Below, piece by piece: positions 19,191-28,083 of a DNA stretch of 64,000 bases (within the stretch, counting starts at the first letter, position 1; the number at the start of each line of letters is the position of its first letter). Origin of the DNA: a virus (taxonomy: Duplodnaviria; Caudoviricetes). Position numbers and translations under genes: made by a program. The stretch spans positions 9,343 through 73,342 of the IMG/VR virus record IMGVR_UViG_3300029171_000002. One strand, 5' to 3'. The notes beneath the pieces are model-generated. The model saw only the letters and a program-made list of their open reading frames with translations. It did no database searches and was not told the DNA's origin.

Positions 19191-19851
19191 TCCAGTTGAG
19201 CTCATCCAATCTCTCCAATCCTTCTTGCTCATCCCAGGGCAGGCGTGACGAGTAGGCCCCGTGAACCATGTGACGCAGCAAGGCATCACCACTGCACCAG
19301 ACTTCAAAGCCTTTGCGCCTGGCGTCCGTGCAAAACTTCACATCCATGGTGTTATCGTCTTTCTCGTAGTAAAACCATGGTGCTGCCATTTCTCTGAGTA
19401 CTTCTGTCTTGATCAGCATCGCTCCCGTGCCAATGGCGAAGCCTTGCTTCAGGCCATGCCGTGGAGGCTCCGGGTCGGCGATCAAGTTTCCAGCGCCGTC
19501 ATCGACAAAGAAGCAGGGCTTTGACTTCGCGTTGAAGCACAGGCCACCAACAATGTCCTTGTCTGCTGCCAGCAGGATATCGAGCAGGTCCGGCTTGTAA
19601 CAGATATCGTCATCAATCATTAGCAGGCGATCGGCTCCTGCCTTGATAGCGGTATGGCACAACAGGTTTCTGGCAACACGGATAGGGACCCGCGGCCCAA
19701 TCACCATGTCTTTGACTTTGTACCTGCCCTTCTCCATCTCCGCGCCAATCCGTTGCCACAGCATTCGCATACAATAGGCAGGCAAGGGATCGATCCCAGA
19801 GTACATCGGAGTGCAGGCTAGAATTTTCAGCATAGATGTTCCAAGAAACAA
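19111..19851 (-). CDS. glycosyltransferase family 2-like
   Basis: ARNLLC...LLMIDDDI...IVGG...IGTGAMLIK.EV...DVKFC..AR.KGF. Confidence 0.75.
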   Translation of the reverse strand: MFLGTSMLKILACTPMYSGIDPLPAYCMRMLWQRIGAEMEKGRYKVKDMVIGPRVPIRVARNLLCHTAIKAGADRLLMIDDDICYKPDLLDILLAADKDIVGGLCFNAKSKPCFFVDDGAGNLIADPEPPRHGLKQGFAIGTGAMLIKTEVLREMAAPWFYYEKDDNTMDVKFCTDARRKGFEVWCSGDALLRHMVHGAYSSRLPWDEQEGLERLDELNWNDCSRPIACDEPETELAAYSASAAQR

Positions 19852-19881
19852 ACCCCTGGCGTTTTCACCAGGGGAATGCTT

Positions 19882-20130
19882 TTAAGTTCCCCAAGCAGTA
19901 ATCTTCCCAACGAGAGTCCCTGAAGCAACCTTGATTGTGATCGTCCCACCGGAAACCGTACCCCCTACAGCAACAGCCGTAGCGGGAACGAATGTCCAGA
20001 AGACAATCGTGTTCAAAGTCGAATCCCAAGTATCTGTGTCATCCACGCTGGTAAGATCTGCAGTCCTCATTCGAAGATTTCCAGCACTACTGTCAATCGT
20101 AGATCCGGAAGTCTCAGCAGCAGCAGCCAT
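19882..20130 (-). CDS. small capsid-associated protein
   Basis: 82 aa beta-rich ORF downstream of capsid genes. Confidence 0.45.
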   Translation of the reverse strand: MAAAAETSGSTIDSSAGNLRMRTADLTSVDDTDTWDSTLNTIVFWTFVPATAVAVGGTVSGGTITIKVASGTLVGKITAWGT

Positions 20131-20182
20131 AACGGCTCCTTTCGATCAAGGCCCGGAGTGCGCATCCCCAGGCCTATCTCAA

Positions 20183-20713
20183 TTACCAGTCCAGATTGTG
20201 GAGTAACACGTTGGCTGTTGCCGCCGTGGTTGAGGCCGTAAGCATGACCCCGTAGGCTTGCAGGTACACCGTGGCCAAGGTAGCCGGAGTCGTAGCGGTG
20301 GTGGTCGTACCGAATGTCAAATCCACGGTATTTCCAACAACGCGAGATCCAATTGCCTTAGCAGCGGTAACCTTGGTGAGACTGACTCCACCCACCTGAA
20401 TCCAGACATAGTATCCATCTGTCGGGATCAGCTTGATGACGCCAGCGACCGCTTGAATCGAACCCGTGTCGCTCTGGTCCGCGCAAACAGTCCAAACCGG
20501 TGGATTGGTCGTGGGAGTCAGTGTGATCCAATACACCACTCCGTTCGCAATCCCGGTCACCCCACCTTCGGTAAATTTCACGTACCGATAGAGGTTCCCC
20601 TTGTAGCGATACAATGATCCCAAAGGGGCCAATGCCGTTGCATCGTTCACAGTTTCCGGATTCCCTGTAGAAATATTGGGAGTCACAGACTGTCCATAAA
20701 TCTCTCCTGCCAT
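20183..20713 (-). CDS. putative capsid decoration protein
   Basis: Immediately downstream of MCP; YRYVKF...GYYVWIQVGG motif. Confidence 0.6.
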   Translation of the reverse strand: MAGEIYGQSVTPNISTGNPETVNDATALAPLGSLYRYKGNLYRYVKFTEGGVTGIANGVVYWITLTPTTNPPVWTVCADQSDTGSIQAVAGVIKLIPTDGYYVWIQVGGVSLTKVTAAKAIGSRVVGNTVDLTFGTTTTATTPATLATVYLQAYGVMLTASTTAATANVLLHNLDW

Positions 20714-20732
20714 GGTAGTCTCCTTTACTCCC

Positions 20733-21645
20733 TTACAGAGTGGGAACGCTGGTGATACGGAAGTTAAGGCGAGGGTTACTCACAACCAAGTTCCCCGCAA
20801 AGAAATACTGACCCGCAACATCGTCGGTATTCTGGGCTTCCTTAAATCCAGAGAAGCCGAACTGGTATCGCTCCAGCGTGCTCACGTACAGAGCAAAGTT
20901 CTCGCGCCGAGTATTCAGACCGTACATCTCGCCTGAAGGTGCGTACTGGTCGACAACGACTGAAGCACTATTAAATTTGAAGCTGGAGAATCCTGCCTTA
21001 GCTACGTCAGAGCTCTCTTCGTGGAACCGCTGCATTGGCTGCAGTTTGCTCCAGAATTGATCCCAAACGTTCTGCCGTCCAGCAATCAAATCCACATGCT
21101 CGTTTCCGAACCATGCGCTTCCATACGCCTTCTGCACACCGGTCAAACTGAAACCGGTAGAGAATGAAGCCACGTAACCGTTAATGCCGCTTGAAACGGT
21201 TCCGTTTGCTACGCCCAAATCGCTTCTGGTGATCCCACCATAGCTTGCGTAGTTTGATCCATGATCGACAGCGGCCTGCAAGCCGTCGAGTTGAAGCGTT
21301 CCAGAGTTGGTGCCCTGTCCGTCAAGATACATGTCGGTTGCGAGCAATTTGCCCATCTTGCCGGCAGCGTTGTTCAGCTTGGCAGAGACATGGGAGAAAG
21401 CTGCTTCCGGGCCACGGTTCAAGACAGAGTCGGGTCCATAGACTGTCACGTTTACGTAGTAGAACTTGATCGCAAACTGCAACGCCGAATCAGTTGTGAC
21501 TCGGGTTGTGTCGAAAGTTCCACCAGGGGCATACGCGCCGCCATTTAATTCTGCCCATTGTATGGGGACCAGGATACGATTACCGCCCTCGAAGCGAGCG
21601 ACGTTATTCGTCCGAGCCCTGACAAAAACAGCAGAACTTTTGTAG
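20733..21645 (-). CDS. major capsid protein, exon 2
   Basis: Open frame YKSSAVFVRAR...FEGG..I.VPI...KFYYVNVTVYG...YLDGQG...LDGL...YGGI.RS; joins exon 1 in frame to give 327 aa. Confidence 0.85.
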
Positions 21646-22359
21646 CTAGAATCCTACGGCTTGAGGCGCACCGTAGCTTGGGCCATCACTCATCAGGACT
21701 GATTCTGATCGTTCGGGGTTGGTCTCTGCACGTGCGGCTTCAAGTTCGAGCAGGCGTTGTCGCCAACGCTCTTGCTTGTTGAGGATACGGGGAGGGGTAG
21801 CAATACCTGTGGCTCTGCGCTCACGCCAATGCTTTGAAGTCGTGTTGAACAACCTCAAGAGTTCTGCTTCCTCGTGACGAAACGTCATGTACCGTTTCGC
21901 AGTCGTAGCATTTGAACTCGCTTCAGCGCCTTGACTCAGCCACGATAGTTTGTGGCCTTTCAAGATAGTGCCGCCAAATTCCTTTTTGATAAAAGGCAAG
22001 GCGGAAACATCGATGCCGATCAAAAGCCCCAGAGCTGGTTCGCAAAAGCCATCAGGGAATGATTCGACACAGAACACACCACAAGCTTCCAGGACACCGG
22101 CGAGATAAGCATCTTTGGCCCGAGACTTCCGAACCATCGACCGCTCTCGGGCTTCGAGCTTCAACTCTTGGACTTTTATACCATTGAGGTGATAGATGAC
22201 AAGATTTTGCTCTCGCTCAAGAGTCCCGCCAAAAAGACCCTGGATTCGCTTCAAAGGTTTTGCTTGATTAAACTTTACGGTAAGAGTGTCTCCGGCAAAA
22301 CTGGGGGATGCAGCATCCAGAAAGCCAGTGACATAACCGAGTATCGTTTCCCTATCCAT
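21646..22359 (-). CDS. intron-encoded LAGLIDADG-like homing endonuclease
   Basis: Two degenerate motifs: LGYVTGFLDAAS and AYLAGVLEACGVF. Confidence 0.8.
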   Translation of the reverse strand: MDRETILGYVTGFLDAASPSFAGDTLTVKFNQAKPLKRIQGLFGGTLEREQNLVIYHLNGIKVQELKLEARERSMVRKSRAKDAYLAGVLEACGVFCVESFPDGFCEPALGLLIGIDVSALPFIKKEFGGTILKGHKLSWLSQGAEASSNATTAKRYMTFRHEEAELLRLFNTTSKHWRERRATGIATPPRILNKQERWRQRLLELEAARAETNPERSESVLMSDGPSYGAPQAVGF

Positions 22360-22452
22360 ATCTGCCGCTTCGTCAGGGTAGCCGTCTTAGACATGTGTCC
22401 AAGTGCCGGGCGTTCCCTGGATTACCGAACGTTTATACACCGCCTACAGTTA
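21646..22452 (-). mobile_element. group I intron (807 nt) in major capsid gene
   Basis: 5' exon ACACCGU pairs with GCGGUGU (P1, U.G); P3 CGUUCGG/CCGAACG; P4 CAGGG/CCCUG; GCAGAGACCA; P8 AUCAG/CUGAU; P9 CUACGG/CCGUAG; terminal G; splicing gives VDT-V-YKSS. Confidence 0.88.
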
Positions 22453-22523
22453 ACGGTGTCTACCAACACTGGAACGATGAAATCGCGGGTTTTTCCGTTG
22501 ATATCCGTCCAGGTTAGAGCCAT
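22453..22523 (-). CDS. major capsid protein, exon 1 (MALTWTDINGKTRDFIVPVLVDT)
   Basis: SD AGGAG then ATG at 22523; 71 nt + 913 nt of exon 2 = 328 codons. Confidence 0.85.
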
Positions 22524-22688
22524 TGGTAAAGTCTCCTAAGAAAATGTCCAGCAAGTTCCGATGTTGGCGGTTTCGCCTTCCTCGTGCTGGCCATCTCCTT
22601 CCCTGCGTGAGCAGGGGTCCGGAGGCTGGCAAGGTTGAAGGGTCCGGTCGATAACTCGGGCCAGTGCGGGGTTACATTACAGCGTCAA

Positions 22689-23531
22689 CTACTTACCCTC
22701 GCGGGTTGCAGTTGCGGCTGCGGCGACAGCTTCATCAAGGCTGGCAAATTGATGCTGGCTGTTACCTGGATCCTGATTAAATCTGCGGTTCATGGCGCCA
22801 CTGTCTAAGCTGACACCGGGCGATGGCGGAACCGAAGCAATCGTCTTGTACTTCTCTTCGGCCTTCCGATCAGCCTCTTCCTGAATACGTTTGATTTCTG
22901 TGTCTCTGATCTGCTGCCCAAATTTGGCGTTGTAAGCGTCTTCAAGTTTGGAAATCCCTTTCTCTGCGGCATATCCCCAGAGCTCTTGAATTTCAGTCTT
23001 TGTCAAAGCTTTGCCAAAATCTTTTGCCGATCGCTCCCGGATATCCAGAGTGTCGAGCAGGTTCTCATGGGTGAAGTTGATGTAACTCTGACCACGCTCG
23101 TTGATCAGCTTCTCTACTTGGTCGACGCTTACGGAACCCTTAATCGCGGTCTGCACCGTGCCCAGCATTTCCTTGACGCCTTTGATCTCATTCATCACGG
23201 CCTGGTTCTCGCCGACCGTCAGATCGCCGCCCGCAGCCCTCGACTGAAGGTCAGCAAGCTGTGACTCCAGCTGGGTCTTGACCGTGGTTAGTTGCTCGTT
23301 TTGCTCGGTCAGAGTTCGCACAGAGGAGAGCTTGGCAACGTTGTCGTCATACCACTTCTTCTGCGCAACCTCAGTTTCCTTAACCTTGTTCATGTTGCGG
23401 CTGTAGTCTTCCTGAGCCATGAACCCCTTAAGGATGTCTGGGTTGGATTCAAAAGCTTCCCGTGCAACCTTTCTGTAATTCTCGTCCGGCATTTTTGCCA
23501 GAGCGTCTTCAACTGATTTAGGCAGAGCCAT
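22689..23531 (-). CDS. putative capsid scaffolding protein
   Basis: Charged coiled-coil protein directly upstream of MCP. Confidence 0.65.
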   Translation of the reverse strand: MALPKSVEDALAKMPDENYRKVAREAFESNPDILKGFMAQEDYSRNMNKVKETEVAQKKWYDDNVAKLSSVRTLTEQNEQLTTVKTQLESQLADLQSRAAGGDLTVGENQAVMNEIKGVKEMLGTVQTAIKGSVSVDQVEKLINERGQSYINFTHENLLDTLDIRERSAKDFGKALTKTEIQELWGYAAEKGISKLEDAYNAKFGQQIRDTEIKRIQEEADRKAEEKYKTIASVPPSPGVSLDSGAMNRRFNQDPGNSQHQFASLDEAVAAAATATREGK

Positions 23532-23538
23532 CTAATCC

Positions 23539-24126
23539 TCACGCTGCTGGCAGTCGTGCCAGCATTTCATCGGTTGGTGGCGGATTCATACCGTTGTTCC
23601 GCTCACCTTCCAGTATTTTGGGAACTTCCTGTCTGAGCTTGGAGAGAAACCCGGTGATCACCGATCCCAGACTGGGATCGGCACTGGCAATCTGCGGCAA
23701 CAACATCTCGAGTTGCACCGCAATGCCCATGACGCCTTGGGGGACGCCTTGCATCTCCGGGGCCGGACCCTCAGGAGGTTGAGGAGCCGGCTGTCCGGGG
23801 AGCAGCGGGGCCTGCATCTGTGGTGGACCAACCGATGGAGGGGCAGTTGGTGGACCTGATGGACCCAGCTTAACAACTAGAGATTGACCTAATTTATCGA
23901 TGTCAGGGCTGAGTTCTGGAGCCATATCGGCCAGATTCTCAAGCAGTGGCATCACTTGACGGATCTTGCGGCCGGCATCCAAGCTAGCCATCACGCCGTC
24001 CTGACTTACTTTGTTTTGAAAGAAACTGGCAAGACCAGCGCCGGGTTGTGGCGTGGCTGCAGGAGGTGGCTGCATCTGCGATTGAATCTCGGGTGGTAAC
24101 GGTGGACCGCCAATGATCTCAGCCAT
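23539..24126 (-). CDS. Pro/Gln-rich head-region protein with internal duplication
   Basis: 195 aa; two similar helical halves. Confidence 0.5.
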   Translation of the reverse strand: MAEIIGGPPLPPEIQSQMQPPPAATPQPGAGLASFFQNKVSQDGVMASLDAGRKIRQVMPLLENLADMAPELSPDIDKLGQSLVVKLGPSGPPTAPPSVGPPQMQAPLLPGQPAPQPPEGPAPEMQGVPQGVMGIAVQLEMLLPQIASADPSLGSVITGFLSKLRQEVPKILEGERNNGMNPPPTDEMLARLPAA

Positions 24127-24150
24127 GATTTCCTTTTCGGAGTCCTAACA

Positions 24151-24196
24151 AGCAAAAAGGCCATCACGCGCCGTTAACGGTGACAGCCTTTTTGCT
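24151..24196. terminator. hairpin with A/U tracts on both sides (bidirectional terminator-like)
   Basis: AGCAAAAAGGC...GCCTTTTTGCT inverted repeat downstream of tRNA. Confidence 0.55.
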
Positions 24197-24243
24197 AAGC
24201 GTTAGGTGGTCTTTAAGCCCGCGTGCCCACGGGTGACCAAATT

Positions 24244-24318
24244 TGGTTGCGGGTCCTGGATTCGAACCAGGGATCTCTAGGTTATGAGCCTAGCGGAGTT
24301 CCTCTTTCCTAACCCGCC
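24244..24318 (-). tRNA. tRNA-Met(CAT), initiator-like, encoded CCA
   Basis: Cloverleaf: acceptor GCGGGT/ACCCGC, anticodon CTAGG-CTCATAA-CCTAG, T arm CTGG-TTCGAAT-CCAG, ends ACCA. Confidence 0.88.
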
Positions 24319-24398
24319 ATATTCATTTAGGGGATGCCATGCTCACACCTGACCGTCTCAAGGGAAAGTGTGAAAGTGGAGCCTGCAACCCCTAACCG

Positions 24399-24566
24399 TT
24401 ATTTCGTCTCGCCGCTCTTTCCAAAGTCAGACTTGGTATTGACAGAGCTGGGCGTCTTCGACAATTCGGCGTGCGTCGCCGGACTCTGATAGAAGTCACC
24501 AGGCGCGTTGGTGGGCTGCTTGGTTCCTTCGTCATGCCCTGGGTACGAGGTATTTTGATTGTCCAT
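24399..24566 (-). CDS. small hypothetical protein (55 aa, MDNQNTSY...)
   Basis: Manual translation; SD GAGG upstream. Confidence 0.45.
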   Translation of the reverse strand: MDNQNTSYPGHDEGTKQPTNAPGDFYQSPATHAELSKTPSSVNTKSDFGKSGETK

Positions 24567-24689
24567 GATCGGTTCCTCTTTAGCCAGAACAGCGACTGGC
24601 CATCGCTTTATTGTGAAGCAGTTAATAGTTTGCAGTTCAAGAAATACAGGAGAGCCAACGCTTTGTCAAGAGTCTGTTTAAGATTTTAT

Positions 24690-25403
24690 TCAGTCGCCGC
24701 CACGAATACAACGCTTGCCCATTGGAATTGGCTCGGGTACTGGCTCTGCTGGCTGCTCTGTGACAGTCCAACTTTCAAGTGCTGGCATCACGTAATAAGG
24801 TTGCCAGCCAGGAAAAACCGCTGACGTGACAGCCGCAGTGCGCATTGACTCTGGTGTGTCCCTGTGGCCACCGCCAAGCATTGGAGTAGATTCTATCCCA
24901 GTTAACCGAAACGACTGGCGTGGATTACCAACTTGAAGGTTGGAGGCGAACAGGATCTGTCCTTCTGGCATATTCGGATCAGTGACAACCGGCATGCCTG
25001 CCAATGCTCCACTCAATGCGTCCATCTCATCTGAGGATGGAACAACCAATGTAGGCCGGTCAGCTGCTATCCAACGTGCGCCAAAATCTTCAGGCCTCAA
25101 CGCAACCGCGTCGCGATAGAGCGCATGTATCTGTTCTGCTGTTATCGCTGGCTGTTCTGGTCTCGCAGTAGCCACGGTCGCGGGAGGACCCTCAGATGTA
25201 ACCGTATGAGTCACGGTCACCAAGTCACCACTGGCAAGATCGACTCCTGCCGGAAACTCTTGACGGTCAATCAGAGTCCCCAGAGACCATTCGCCTTCGA
25301 CTGGTGGTTGATAAGAGAATATTGGCTCTCTGCCGAGATCTCCGAACGAGTAAGTGCGTCTGGCTCGACTCCTCTCTCTTGGTTCACGATTGCGCCTGCT
25401 CAT
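24690..25403 (-). CDS. hypothetical protein ending in KRCIRGGD
   Basis: 237 aa ORF, coupled to upstream gene. Confidence 0.6.
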   Translation of the reverse strand: MSRRNREPRERSRARRTYSFGDLGREPIFSYQPPVEGEWSLGTLIDRQEFPAGVDLASGDLVTVTHTVTSEGPPATVATARPEQPAITAEQIHALYRDAVALRPEDFGARWIAADRPTLVVPSSDEMDALSGALAGMPVVTDPNMPEGQILFASNLQVGNPRQSFRLTGIESTPMLGGGHRDTPESMRTAAVTSAVFPGWQPYYVMPALESWTVTEQPAEPVPEPIPMGKRCIRGGD

Positions 25404-25822
25404 CTCACGGTCACCTTGACATGCTGAGACCCAATAGTTTCCTTCAACACGGTCCCACCGTGCTCATCGGCCACTTCATAAATAGCCGTCACGAAGTAGT
25501 GATAGGTTCTGACAGCCTTAAAACTTGTAGAGCCGTGAATTGTTTGTGTTGTTGAATCCACAAAGCAATCAGCCAGTATCATCTTCGGGATAAAAGGGTC
25601 ATAGAACCCTTCCTGCGTCTGAGACCTGCGAACCCTAAAGTATCGGAACTGGTCACTGTATGGAGTCTCCCAGCACAGCTTAACATCTTCCCCCACCGCC
25701 TTTGCCAACTCAGAGGCTCCGTCAGCACCCACACACATACGGGCATCAGCACTTGTCTGTGCCATGACAAAGCCTCCAAAGAATACCAACAACAGCAGGA
25801 GAAAATAGAGGATCCAAGACAT
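25400..25822 (-). CDS. signal-peptide/TM-anchored FN3-like protein
   Basis: Hydrophobic N-terminus; LCWE...YFRVRRS...YHYFVTAIY. Confidence 0.55.
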   Translation of the reverse strand: MSWILYFLLLLLVFFGGFVMAQTSADARMCVGADGASELAKAVGEDVKLCWETPYSDQFRYFRVRRSQTQEGFYDPFIPKMILADCFVDSTTQTIHGSTSFKAVRTYHYFVTAIYEVADEHGGTVLKETIGSQHVKVTVR

Positions 25823-26277
25823 TACGCTTCAGGCTCTTGGATCTCGCTAACTTCCACTTTAACGATCGTGGCCTTGCTCAAATCGGGACCAGTGAAATCC
25901 AGCAGAGCAACGATGGGTTCTACGCCGGATCCAAGATCCGCATCGGCTTGGAACACGATTTGACCGATCCCTTCATCCAGACAGGTGAGCTTCCCTTCCC
26001 GTGTAACCTGATCGAAGGCGACTCCGCCTGCGATTTCATTCGAATTCGTGATCGTGATATCGCCGTCAATCTTTGCATCCCGGCCTTTGACATCCTCGAT
26101 CTTCAGTTTGAAAGTGACAAACTGTCCCAACTTTGTGAAAGCTGCCATGACTTTTTCTCCTTTTACTGTGATGTTGTTGATGGTGACGACGACGAACAGA
26201 CGAGCTTGAGGCTTCTTCTTGTGAATGATTTTGACGATGAAGTCGGATTGCGGTTCCAGATCAAGACAAAGAGTCAC
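25822..26277 (-). CDS. Ig-like domain protein
   Basis: Alternating beta-strand pattern GQFVTFKLKIED...GQIVFQADAD. Confidence 0.45.
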   Translation of the reverse strand: MTLCLDLEPQSDFIVKIIHKKKPQARLFVVVTINNITVKGEKVMAAFTKLGQFVTFKLKIEDVKGRDAKIDGDITITNSNEIAGGVAFDQVTREGKLTCLDEGIGQIVFQADADLGSGVEPIVALLDFTGPDLSKATIVKVEVSEIQEPEA

Positions 26278-26343
26278 GATGAACCTCCTGAATGGAACCT
26301 AGCAGTAACTGGCACAAAGTTCAACCACTGTGTTGTTAAATCT

Positions 26344-26748
26344 TCAGCCACGGATGCAACGCTTGTTCATTGGGATGAATTCTGGGGTGAACTTAGGCGA
26401 CGCATATCCATAGGTAATCGCTGGTGTCCCTAGATTGTAGGTGACTGAATGGCCATATTCTAAGGACCACTGGCTTGAAGCCACTTCTACTGCAAGATTG
26501 CGGTTATGATTGAATCCCATTACAGTCACAAAGAAACCACCAATATTTTCATCATAAATTTCCGGACACTCAAAAGTTACATCTATCTGAGTTCTTGCTG
26601 GTTCTCCACCGCGATAGGCTGTCGGACATTCATAGACATAGGCCATTCTTGGGGTACGTGTGCCGTCTGGATGCAAAAGATTTTGGTGTACCGTGACCCT
26701 GTAAAAGTCCGCGCCCTGCAGAGGTTCCCAACTCGCTCGGACCCTCAC
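26344..26748 (-). CDS. FN3-like protein ending in KRCIRG
   Basis: ASWEPLQGADFYRVTV...FFVTVMGFN. Confidence 0.55.
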   Translation of the reverse strand: MRVRASWEPLQGADFYRVTVHQNLLHPDGTRTPRMAYVYECPTAYRGGEPARTQIDVTFECPEIYDENIGGFFVTVMGFNHNRNLAVEVASSQWSLEYGHSVTYNLGTPAITYGYASPKFTPEFIPMNKRCIRG

Positions 26749-27419
26749 GCATCACCGCCTCGAATCGCACGGCGTCCACTTGGGATAGACTTCTTGGCCG
26801 CAGCTTCGGCCGCTGGTTGGTTCGCTTGGCTATAGAGTCCTCGACCTACCCATGGTTGAGAGATAGTAAACCACTCTCCGGGAGCAAGGTTTCTGATTTG
26901 CCTAATTTCTTCCTCCCGTTGTGCTCGATGCTCCTCTGGAGTTACGCTGAAACCTACAGGCTGAGCAATCGACTCCGTGGTTGTGACTTCAACGGTTAGG
27001 GGTGTCGGAGCAATTATCCTCAGTGATTCCTCTTCAGTCGCAGGCCTCCAAGTTTGCGTTTGGTGATTCCAGAACCATAATCTTTCACCGCGAGCGGCCT
27101 GAGATTCAACGGGGCTGTTTAGATTGAATCGATAGCGTTCGTTACCAGCGTAATCGGAATGGCCATAAGGGGAGTTCGATCCGGGCAATCCAGCCATCGG
27201 CATCTCTTGTGGTGGCTGATCCCTGAAGGCCTGAATTTGGTACTTGCTTATGAGATAGGCTGAAGAGCAATTCATGGAAAAGATTATCCCGCTGGTGACA
27301 ATCTTGAGCCATAACGGGAGATTCATGCTGATCGCTTTATTGATTCCAATCGCAGCAAAAACGCCACACGCCATCAGGAGAGCTACTGTAATAATCAGGT
27401 TCTTGGTCGCTGCGGTCAT
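26745..27419 (-). CDS. two-TM membrane protein ending in RRAIRGGDA
   Basis: From MTAATK (ATGA overlap with upstream gene); two hydrophobic segments. Confidence 0.6.
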   Translation of the reverse strand: MTAATKNLIITVALLMACGVFAAIGINKAISMNLPLWLKIVTSGIIFSMNCSSAYLISKYQIQAFRDQPPQEMPMAGLPGSNSPYGHSDYAGNERYRFNLNSPVESQAARGERLWFWNHQTQTWRPATEEESLRIIAPTPLTVEVTTTESIAQPVGFSVTPEEHRAQREEEIRQIRNLAPGEWFTISQPWVGRGLYSQANQPAAEAAAKKSIPSGRRAIRGGDA

Positions 27420-28075
27420 GGCATCTTCTCGTTCGGCGCAAACTTTCCAGTTTTCTTGCGGTAGGCGACCATTTGTCGCATCTTGGTTTGATTGTGCCTT
27501 CCCCACCAGTATTGTCCGGGAACGCCGTGGTGCGCAAGTCTAATTGGCAGGTACACCCGATTCCATTGCGACCAACGGGCTTGAAACTCACCGTCCACGC
27601 CCCCGGCATGACTCCATTGCTCCGACAACAAGGGCTTGCTGGCAACCGCAGGATCTTGACTGTGAAACAGATGAAAATATCCCGGCATCTCGGAATGCTG
27701 GGGCCTGACAACCTTGCCGTCGAGGGTTCTGAACGCACCATAGAGACATCCCGAGACAGGCCCGATTGTCATTACCGTCTCTCGCCAGTTCGGTGGCGGC
27801 TCAACGTCAGCATCAAAGAACAGGCACCATTCGGTCTCGTGCCACTGCTCGACACCTTCATTCATGGCCGCACCTTTGTTGAAACTGGCACCGTTGTGAT
27901 AGAAGCTGGAGGTTACAAGGAAGGGGATGCGGTGTTTGCGGCAGAGTTGGCGGGTAGCTTTGTCTTCGAGGTCAGTAACGACTATGAGTTCGTCAAGGGT
28001 GTCTTTCCAGATGGAAAGGGAATGGCTGAGTTCTGAGGCGAAGTTGACGCAGGTGGTGAGACCACTGATTTTCAT
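27416..28075 (-). CDS. glycosyltransferase (GT-A fold)
   Basis: TTCVNF...IVVT...FNKGAAMNEG...LFFDADV. Confidence 0.75.
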   Translation of the reverse strand: MKISGLTTCVNFASELSHSLSIWKDTLDELIVVTDLEDKATRQLCRKHRIPFLVTSSFYHNGASFNKGAAMNEGVEQWHETEWCLFFDADVEPPPNWRETVMTIGPVSGCLYGAFRTLDGKVVRPQHSEMPGYFHLFHSQDPAVASKPLLSEQWSHAGGVDGEFQARWSQWNRVYLPIRLAHHGVPGQYWWGRHNQTKMRQMVAYRKKTGKFAPNEKMP

Positions 28076-28083
28076 ACATCTGT

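Noticed and set aside
19111-19307. Programmed frameshift fusing the two glycosyltransferases
   Set aside because: An 80-nt overlap exists but I see no slippery heptamer; each ORF has its own DxD motif and a plausible start.
20733-21482. MCP as the 249-aa ORF in the track
   Set aside because: The true N-terminus lies upstream across the intron; the TTG start is internal.
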